Source of the DNA: Candidatus Humimonas hydrogenitrophica
GTDB taxonomy: Bacteria > Gemmatimonadota > Gemmatimonadetes > Palauibacterales > Palauibacteraceae
DNA: 64,000 nucleotides
Assembly (NCBI GenBank): GCA_947581615.1
Contig: CANPVD010000094.1
Coordinates: forward strand, 15,336 to 79,335
Reading direction: 5' to 3'
The notes under the pieces were generated by a model. It did no database searches and had not been told where the DNA came from. It was given only the letters and a program-made list of their open reading frames with translations. Below are positions 57,770 to 64,000 of the stretch, in pieces. How positions within the stretch are numbered: the stretch's first letter is position 1; each line of letters starts with the position of its first letter. A program made the position numbers and the translations under genes.

Positions 57770-58228
57770 ATGGTACGAGAGGGCGAGCGGGCGCCGGAGT
57801 TCGAGCTCGAGTCCGACCGCGGCGACACGGTGCGCCTCGAGGACTTCAGGGGACGGCGCGTCGTACTGTACTTCTACCCGAAGGACGACACGAGCGGTTG
57901 CACCAGGGAAGCGTGCGGATTCCGGGACGCGATGCCCGAGCTGGAACAGCTCGAAGCGGTCGTGCTCGGCGTGAGCCCCGACGGCGTAGCCTCGCACGTC
58001 AAGTTCCGGGAGAAGTACGACCTCAACTTTCCCCTCCTGGCCGATCCCGATCACGAGGTGGCCAGCGCCTACGGCGTGTGGGGCAAAAAGAAGATGTACG
58101 GGCGCGAGTACGAGGGCATCCTCCGCACGACGGTCGTGATCGGTACCGACGGCACCGTGGAGAAGGTGTTCGAGAAGGTGAAGCCGGCCGAGCACGCGGA
58201 AAAAGTCGTCGAAACCCTCGCGACCTGA
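57770..58228 (+). CDS. bcp: thioredoxin-dependent thiol peroxidase (peroxiredoxin Bcp)
   Basis: 152 aa. 'APEFEL', 'VVLYFYPKDDTSGCTREAC' and 'GVSPD'. The RBS is GGGAGGA. Confidence 0.95.
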   Translation: MVREGERAPEFELESDRGDTVRLEDFRGRRVVLYFYPKDDTSGCTREACGFRDAMPELEQLEAVVLGVSPDGVASHVKFREKYDLNFPLLADPDHEVASAYGVWGKKKMYGREYEGILRTTVVIGTDGTVEKVFEKVKPAEHAEKVVETLAT

Positions 58229-58258
58229 GGCGCGAGTCGCTCGGTATCGGCGGCGCGG

Positions 58259-58281
58259 GCCGGGGCCGGATCGGCCCCGGC
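58259..58281 (+). terminator. candidate terminator hairpin after bcp
   Basis: A perfect 10-bp stem GCCGGGGCCG/CGGCCCCGGC with loop GAT, 31 nt after the bcp stop. Confidence 0.45.
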
Positions 58282-58531
58282 TCGTCCACCATTGACAATT
58301 ACCCTCATCGATAGAGATTCCGACCGACTTACCGGACACGGGCGGTGAAAGCGCGCCTCGCGGGCCCGCCTGGTCACGAGCGTGATGGCGTGCCTCACAT
58401 GAACATGCGATGGCCGGCCTCTGGACCGGATGTCAGGTTGACGGTGATTCGGCCCGTGGGCTGTCGGCGATCGCGACTTCGCGCGATCCGCCGAGGTCTT
58501 CGGGATCGTACCTGCACAATCGGGAGTCGTT

Positions 58532-59956
58532 ATGCGTGTCCGCGCCGCGCTCGTGTCGTCGAAGGTGAAACCCGCCGTACGGTCCATCGCGTTGTTCGCC
58601 GCCTGCGGCCTCGCCGCCGGCGCCCTCGCCTGCAACCAGGAGCCCGCAGCGCCGGGCGGCCTGTCGGGTGGGACCTTGAGAGCGGCACGATCACCCCAAC
58701 CGGTCGGCAGTGTGCTCGTCACGGTCTACCATTCGAACGGAACCGAAGTCGCCTCCAACTACTCGGTGGGCGTGATCGACGCGGCGTCCGGCCAGGTCTA
58801 TGCCGGCATCACGAACGTCTCGGGTCAGGTCGCTTTCGACACGCTCCCGGCGCCGGGTACCTACTGCGTCGACGCTCTGCCGGTCGGATCGAGCACGCTG
58901 ACCGCGAAGGGCTCCGAGGTCCCGCCGCCCGACGGTTCGAGCCTCGGCACGGTGTCCAGCACGGACGCCGCCGTGTTGTCGGGTCCCGGTGGCACGTCCG
59001 TCCAGCTCGACAAGGCGAACTTCGTCCAGTACTGTACGCAGACGCCGCCCGTGGAGCTGAAGAACCAGCATACGGTGGATGTCTCGTTGACCCTGTCGGA
59101 CGGAACGCTCGTGTCCGGAGACATCCTGAGCCTCTCCGGAGGCGGCGTGTCCGCCTCTGACGCCTTCGACCACGGGTACCTGGGCATCGCCCTCACGTGG
59201 GGCGACCTGCCCGAGGCGTGGAAGCCGAAGGGGCTCGCGCCGGACCAGAACCCGCTGATCCTCCTGGCCGCCAATCCGGCGTCGCCCGACGTGTCGCTGC
59301 CGGTCGACAAGCAGCTGACCGACCCGCTCGTGTTCGAATCCGACTTCATCCCGTCCAACGGCGTGCGGCTGACGGGGACCTACAAGGGATTCACGCTGGC
59401 CGACCTGCAGAGCGGCGTCACGCCGGGGAGCTTCAGCGTGCTCACCGAGCCGCTCATGTGCAACGTCGACAAGGTGCCCGAGAGCTCGACGGATGGGAAT
59501 GACGGCAAGGTGGAGCTGCAGCCCGTCGTGAAGTCCGGCTTCCAGGCGGACGCCGATCTCGATCGGATCCCGGGGGCCGTCGCCATCTGGTGGCACCAGA
59601 CCGGCAGCGGCGACGTGACCTTCAGCCTCAGGGACCGGACGAACGGCGGTACGCTCACCTACCAGTCCACCCTGAGCTGTGACGATTCGGGCTGCAACGA
59701 GAGCAAGGTGACCGGGAGCCTGGCGGGCACGGTCCAGGCCGACTGGTTCGCGGGCCCGGACGCGGGCAGGCTCCGGGTCACGTATGTGCTGGAGGGCTTG
59801 CCGTCGGACGACGTGGAGTGGTCGGTGAGCACGTCGGGCGACCAGATTCCGGATGCCTCGAAGTCCAACCAGAGCAGCGCCTTCGTCGCCATCTCGATTC
59901 CGAAGCACGGGTGCCCGGGGCAGAGCAACGACGATCGGTGGATACTCGGGAACTGA
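58532..59956 (+). CDS. secreted or lipoprotein of unknown function with an N-terminal carboxypeptidase-regulatory-like beta-sandwich
   Basis: 474 aa. The RBS is GGGAG, 5 nt upstream. Signal/lipobox-like 'IALFAACGLAAGALAC'. 'VLVTVYHSNGTEV...GVIDAASGQVYAGITNVSGQVAFDTLPAPGTY' resembles CarboxypepD_reg. I recognise no motif in the remaining ~350 aa. Confidence 0.7.
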   Translation: MRVRAALVSSKVKPAVRSIALFAACGLAAGALACNQEPAAPGGLSGGTLRAARSPQPVGSVLVTVYHSNGTEVASNYSVGVIDAASGQVYAGITNVSGQVAFDTLPAPGTYCVDALPVGSSTLTAKGSEVPPPDGSSLGTVSSTDAAVLSGPGGTSVQLDKANFVQYCTQTPPVELKNQHTVDVSLTLSDGTLVSGDILSLSGGGVSASDAFDHGYLGIALTWGDLPEAWKPKGLAPDQNPLILLAANPASPDVSLPVDKQLTDPLVFESDFIPSNGVRLTGTYKGFTLADLQSGVTPGSFSVLTEPLMCNVDKVPESSTDGNDGKVELQPVVKSGFQADADLDRIPGAVAIWWHQTGSGDVTFSLRDRTNGGTLTYQSTLSCDDSGCNESKVTGSLAGTVQADWFAGPDAGRLRVTYVLEGLPSDDVEWSVSTSGDQIPDASKSNQSSAFVAISIPKHGCPGQSNDDRWILGN

Positions 59957-60010
59957 GCGCACGGCGGGCGGGGCGTTCGCGTCCCGGCTCCTGAGACCCG
60001 GAGCTCCCCC

Positions 60011-62710
60011 GTGAGCGCCTTCGTCGGACGCAGCCGCGAGGTCGAGCACCTCCTCGGCCGCCTCGACCGGATCCTGTCCGGTCGGGGCGGCGTCGTCTTC
60101 ATCACGGGCGACGCGGGGGCAGGAAAGAGCACCCTCACCGAGCGCTTCCTGGTCGAGGCGGCTCTACGCGCCCCCGAGGGGCGCATCCTGGTGGCCAGCT
60201 GTTCGGAGCAGTTCGGCGCCGGCGAGCCCTACCAGCCCTTCATCGAGGCCTTCAAGGCCCTGCTCACGGAGGGCCCGAGCGAGGCCGGTCCGAAGGGCCG
60301 TTTCCTCGACATGGCCAAGCGGGTGGCGCCCTACTGGCTCTCCGTCATCCCGGTGGCTGGCAACGTGATCTCGGCGGCGGTGCACACGGCCACCGAGGTG
60401 CGCCGCTCGCAGGTCGGGACCCAGGCGGCCGAGGCTCCCAGCGAGGAAGCCCTCCTGTTCCAGTACACCGAGCTCCTGCTGGCGGCCGCCGACGAGGCTC
60501 CCGTCCTCCTGTTCGTGGACGACCTCCACTGGGCGGATCGGGCCTCGGCCTCCCTGTTCGGCCACCTGGCGCGAAAGATCGGCGACCGACGTGTCCTCAT
60601 GCTGGGGACGTACCGTCCCTCCGACGTGGAGGTGTCGCAGCATCCCATCCGCGACGTCCGGGCCGAGCTCCTGCGCTATGGACTTGCCGAGGACCTGGCG
60701 CTCGAGCCCCTGGACGAGGCCGCGCTGGCCGAGTTCATCCGTGAGGAGCTGGGCGGGCCAGGCACGCCTCAGCTGCGGCGCTGGCTGTCACAACGCGCGG
60801 GCTCCAACCCGCTCTTCTTCGGCGAGCTCCTGCGGTGGCTGGTCGAACAGGGTTACTGCACCGAGCGGGAAGGGGAGTGGGGCCTGGTCCGCCTCCCCGA
60901 CCAGGTCGACATCCCCGCGTCCGCCGAGGGCGTCATCGGGAAGCGGCTCGGTCGACTGGACCCGGAGCTTCGCCGTGTCCTCGAATACGCCAGCGTGCAG
61001 GGCGACGAGTTCGATTCGACGGTCCTGGCCCGACTGCTAGAGGCGGACGAGCTCGCCCTGGAGGAGACGCTGGAACGGCTGGAGCGCGTGCACAGGCTGC
61101 TGCGGCTCACGGGCACACGCGACCTGCCCGACGGGGACATCAGCAGCGTCTACCTCTTCAGCCACAGCCTCATCCAGGACGTCCTGCACCAGGGTCTCCA
61201 GGGGAAGCGACGGATCCTTTTGCACCGGAAGGTCGCCTCCATCCTGGGGGAGATCTACGCGGGAGACACCTCGGCCGTGGACAACGTGCTGGCCGTCCAC
61301 TTCGACGAGGGGCGCCAGCCGAAGGAGGCGTACGAGGCGGCGCTGAGGGCCGCGGAGAAGGCCAGCCGCGTGTACGCGCACGAGGACGCCGTCGAGCTTC
61401 TCGGTCGCGCGCTCCGCAATGCCCCGGGCGAGCCGGAGCGGGCGCGGGCCCTGACGCGGCGGGCAGCCGAATGGCAGCGGGCGGGACGGTTCGCCGAAGC
61501 GAGGGACGACGTGGGGGAAGCCCTCGGACTGGCGCAATCGTGCGGAGATCGGGCGCTGGTCTTGCACCTGCGTCGCCGGCGCGTGGACCTGGAGATCGAG
61601 CAGAGCGTTCGGCCCGCGACAGAGCTGGTGGCAGCGCTGGCGGACCTGGCCGGTGAGGCGCGGGAGGCGGGTGACCGCGAGGAGCTCTGCCAGATCCTAT
61701 GGAGCGTCCGGGTCCTCCCGGCGGCCGAGGCGGCCGAGGCGGGCCTCGCGATCGCCCCCGCGCTCGAGGAGGCGCTCGGCTCGGCCGAGACCCTCGGTGA
61801 CCCCGAGCTCATTGCCCGCGCCCACTTTTGCGTGGGCACCGGACCGGCCCGCGTGCTCGAACCGTCCACGGCGCTCGTGCACCTGGAGGAGGCGCGGTCC
61901 CGTTACGAGGCCCTCTCGAACCGCCTTCGGGTCGGGTACTGCTCCAACGCCCTCGCCGTGGTCGCGGTGCTGCTGGGCGACTATGGTCGTGCGAGGTTAG
62001 AGTTCGAGCGGGCCGAGGCTGCCTTCGAGGAGGTCGGCGACCCGGTGGCGGTGGCCTCCGCCCGGAACAACCGGGCCGTGCTCCTTACGCGCGCCGGTGA
62101 GTTCGAGCAGGCCGAGACGACGCTCCAGTCGGCCCTCGGCACCATTCGCCGGCTGGGGGCCGGGGCGCGCGAGTTGGCCGTGCTGCAGAGCCTCGCGGAG
62201 CTCTACGTGGCGACCGGGGACCTCGAGCGCGCTGAGGCGTGCTGGCGAGAGCTGGTCGGTGGCGCGGCCCGGGCGGGATATCCGGACACCGGGCTCGTGG
62301 CGGCCTGCGGCCTGGCGCTCGTGCAGGTCGAACGGGGCGAGCTCGAGGCCGCCGCGGCCGGTCTCGAGGAGGTCACCAGGCGCCTGGAAGCCGAGGCGGA
62401 CTCGTGGACGGAGGGTCGCGAAGCCATGCTCCGCCTCCGGGCCGGAATCGCCCTCGCTCGCGGACGGTCCGATGAGGCGGCCGTCGCGGCCGGCGACGCC
62501 GCGGCGGCCCTGGAGGGCCGAGACGCGTACATGCGGGCCTCGTTCCTGCTCTTGCGGGCCGAGGCCCTCGTGGCGGGCGGGTCCGGCCCGGCGGTCGTCG
62601 AGGCCCGAGCCCTCCTCGAAGAGGCCCGGACCGTTTTCGGTGGCCTGGAGGCGAGGCCCGCCCTGGACCGGGTCGACGAGCTCCTGACACGCATGAGCCG
62701 AGGAGTGTGA
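60011..62710 (+). CDS. STAND-type NTPase: AAA_16 P-loop ATPase domain followed by TPR-like repeats, with no recognisable effector or DNA-binding domain
   Basis: 899 aa. 'FVGRSREVEHL', Walker A 'GDAGAGKS' (aa 33-40) and Walker B 'LLFVDDLHWAD'. The C-terminal ~450 aa are Ala/Leu/Glu/Arg-rich helical repeats. Confidence 0.8.
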   Translation: MSAFVGRSREVEHLLGRLDRILSGRGGVVFITGDAGAGKSTLTERFLVEAALRAPEGRILVASCSEQFGAGEPYQPFIEAFKALLTEGPSEAGPKGRFLDMAKRVAPYWLSVIPVAGNVISAAVHTATEVRRSQVGTQAAEAPSEEALLFQYTELLLAAADEAPVLLFVDDLHWADRASASLFGHLARKIGDRRVLMLGTYRPSDVEVSQHPIRDVRAELLRYGLAEDLALEPLDEAALAEFIREELGGPGTPQLRRWLSQRAGSNPLFFGELLRWLVEQGYCTEREGEWGLVRLPDQVDIPASAEGVIGKRLGRLDPELRRVLEYASVQGDEFDSTVLARLLEADELALEETLERLERVHRLLRLTGTRDLPDGDISSVYLFSHSLIQDVLHQGLQGKRRILLHRKVASILGEIYAGDTSAVDNVLAVHFDEGRQPKEAYEAALRAAEKASRVYAHEDAVELLGRALRNAPGEPERARALTRRAAEWQRAGRFAEARDDVGEALGLAQSCGDRALVLHLRRRRVDLEIEQSVRPATELVAALADLAGEAREAGDREELCQILWSVRVLPAAEAAEAGLAIAPALEEALGSAETLGDPELIARAHFCVGTGPARVLEPSTALVHLEEARSRYEALSNRLRVGYCSNALAVVAVLLGDYGRARLEFERAEAAFEEVGDPVAVASARNNRAVLLTRAGEFEQAETTLQSALGTIRRLGAGARELAVLQSLAELYVATGDLERAEACWRELVGGAARAGYPDTGLVAACGLALVQVERGELEAAAAGLEEVTRRLEAEADSWTEGREAMLRLRAGIALARGRSDEAAVAAGDAAAALEGRDAYMRASFLLLRAEALVAGGSGPAVVEARALLEEARTVFGGLEARPALDRVDELLTRMSRGV

Positions 62711-62712
62711 CG

Positions 62713-64000
62713 GTGCGATTCCGAGCGACCCGGGCCGATCGCACCCACCTTCCGGCGCTACTCATCATCGGAGCGCTGTCCCTCTCCTGCGGCGGCGAGT
62801 CACGTTCCGCGGGCGGCGACGCGGGGTCGACGCCCATCCGGGGCGGCACGGCCATCGTGTGCCTGCAGGCGGCGCCCCAGAGCCTGGATCCGTTCGTCTC
62901 CCCGGATGGCGCCTCGGTGGAGCTCGGCGCACTCCTGTTCACGCCCCTGGTGCGCTACGGCCCCCGAGAGTCGATGCGACCCTACCTGGCCCGGTCGTGG
63001 AGCTGGGGGCCGGGGCACCGCGAGCTCACCTTCGATCTGCGGACCGATGTGTCCTGGCAGGACGGGACTCCGGTCACGGCCGCCGACGTGGCGTTCACGC
63101 TTCGGCGGGCGGCGGACTCGACGTTCGGATATTTTGATCGCGACGACTTCCGAGACCTGGATTCCGTGACGATCCCGGGAGCGGCCACGGTGAGGCTGAC
63201 TTTCCGCCGGCCCCTGGCCGCCGGGCTGGAGCCGTTCGCCGCGCTGCCCATCCTGCCCAGGCACCTGCTCGGAAGCCTGGATGCCGAGACGTTCCGCCAT
63301 GCGGCGTACCACCACGAGCCCGTGGGCAGCGGGCCCTACCGGCTGACGGCGTGGCGAGCGGACGGCACGATCGAGCTGCAGCGCTCGCCCGACTATCCGG
63401 AGGTGCTCGGGGCCGACTACCTGGACCGGATCGTGTTCAGGGTCGTACCGGAGGCGTCCACGAGGCTGGCCGAGCTCCGGACCGGTGAGGTGGACGCCTG
63501 CCGGGTGGGCGCCTCCCAGGCGGGCGACGTGTCGAAGCTCGAGGGCGTCACGGCGCTGCCGATCTTGCCGGCTCCGACGCAGGTGATCGTCCTGGACACG
63601 CGGCAGGCGCCGCTCACGGACCTCCGCGTGCGCCGCGCCCTCTCGGCGGCGCTGGACCGGGCGGAGATCGCCGCCGTCGTCTCGCCCGTGGCGTCGCCCG
63701 CCCGCGCCCCGCTGGCCCCGGACCATCCGTATGCGGCGCCCGGCGTCCTGCAGCCCGACGCGAACGTGTCCCTGGCCGACTCCCTGCTGGACGCGGCCGG
63801 GTGGCGCGTGCCGACCGGCGGTGGTGTGCGCGTGGGACCCGCGGGCCGACGTCTCGAATTGACGCTCGCCGCGCCGCCCCAACTCGAGAACGTGGTGACC
63901 GTCCTCCAGGCGGAACTGGCCCGCGCGGGCTTCGAGGTCAAGCCCGAGGTCATGGAGTTCGCCGCGCTCATCGGCCGCATCCAGGATCCGGCCCGGCGTC
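62713..64000 (+). CDS. ABC transporter substrate-binding protein, family 5 (peptide/nickel type), lipoprotein; 3'-truncated by the window end
   Basis: This ORF is absent from the ORF track because no stop occurs before 64000. My own translation is 'VRFRATRADRTHLPALLIIGALSLSCGG...LDPFVS...LFTPLVRY...WQDGTPVTAADVAFTL...GSGPYRL...'. AGGAG lies 7 nt upstream of GTG 62713. An alternative GTG at 62707 would overlap the upstream stop. Confidence 0.8.
   Translation, partial: MRFRATRADRTHLPALLIIGALSLSCGGESRSAGGDAGSTPIRGGTAIVCLQAAPQSLDPFVSPDGASVELGALLFTPLVRYGPRESMRPYLARSWSWGPGHRELTFDLRTDVSWQDGTPVTAADVAFTLRRAADSTFGYFDRDDFRDLDSVTIPGAATVRLTFRRPLAAGLEPFAALPILPRHLLGSLDAETFRHAAYHHEPVGSGPYRLTAWRADGTIELQRSPDYPEVLGADYLDRIVFRVVPEASTRLAELRTGEVDACRVGASQAGDVSKLEGVTALPILPAPTQVIVLDTRQAPLTDLRVRRALSAALDRAEIAAVVSPVASPARAPLAPDHPYAAPGVLQPDANVSLADSLLDAAGWRVPTGGGVRVGPAGRRLELTLAAPPQLENVVTVLQAELARAGFEVKPEVMEFAALIGRIQDPARR

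Noticed and set aside
58345-59160. 271-aa plus-strand ORF overlapping the start of the lipoprotein gene.
   Set aside because: It is out of frame with the lipoprotein ORF, which has an RBS and a signal peptide. The product is Arg-rich and has no RBS.
1-64000. CRISPR arrays, transposases, integrases, prophage genes, toxin-antitoxin pairs and restriction-modification genes.
   Set aside because: I found no spaced direct-repeat arrays. None of the protein-like ORFs has motifs of these families. All long noncoding gaps are 330 bp or shorter.

Overview
This is a 64 kb window of very high-GC DNA. Hand counts of sample lines give about 70-75% GC. I call about 56 protein genes, one tRNA-Gln(TTG) and one small SRP RNA. 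The host is probably a diderm bacterium, because the window encodes a TolC-like outer-membrane factor and RND and MacAB-type efflux systems. A Gemmatimonadota-like lineage is possible, but I cannot establish that without a database search.

Most of the window is densely packed core housekeeping:
- ispE, ftsH, prs-rplY-pth, hppA and rpsF-rpsR-(DUF2232)-rplI
- rsfS-SPOR-SPOR-smc, aroF, yraN, ffs-dnaX-ybaB-recR and pgsA-cinA
- grpE-dnaJ, a cysteine desulfurase with mnmA, bshB1 and bcp

The accessory or less ordinary parts are:
- a czcCBA heavy-metal RND operon lying against tRNA-Gln, with a small His/Cys protein upstream of it
- a PilT-like ATPase with a duplicated N-domain, co-oriented with an unknown repeat protein and a PQQ-type beta-propeller dehydrogenase
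- an otsB-mscS-otsA cluster
- a FakA(DhaL)-DegV fusion
- a MacAB-like ABC exporter preceded by creatininase, secreted-protein and Yip1 genes
- at 58.2-62.7 kb, a lower-GC lipoprotein gene followed by an effector-less AAA_16/TPR STAND-type NTPase

I saw no integrase, transposase, phage genes or CRISPR array. I do not see a clear-cut novel system. The 58.2-62.7 kb module, the ots-mscS cluster and the PilT-associated operon are the best candidates for follow-up.

All functional calls come from motif recognition in the supplied translations, not from database searches. The many long Arg/Pro/Gly-rich ORFs on opposite strands or in alternative frames are high-GC artefacts.
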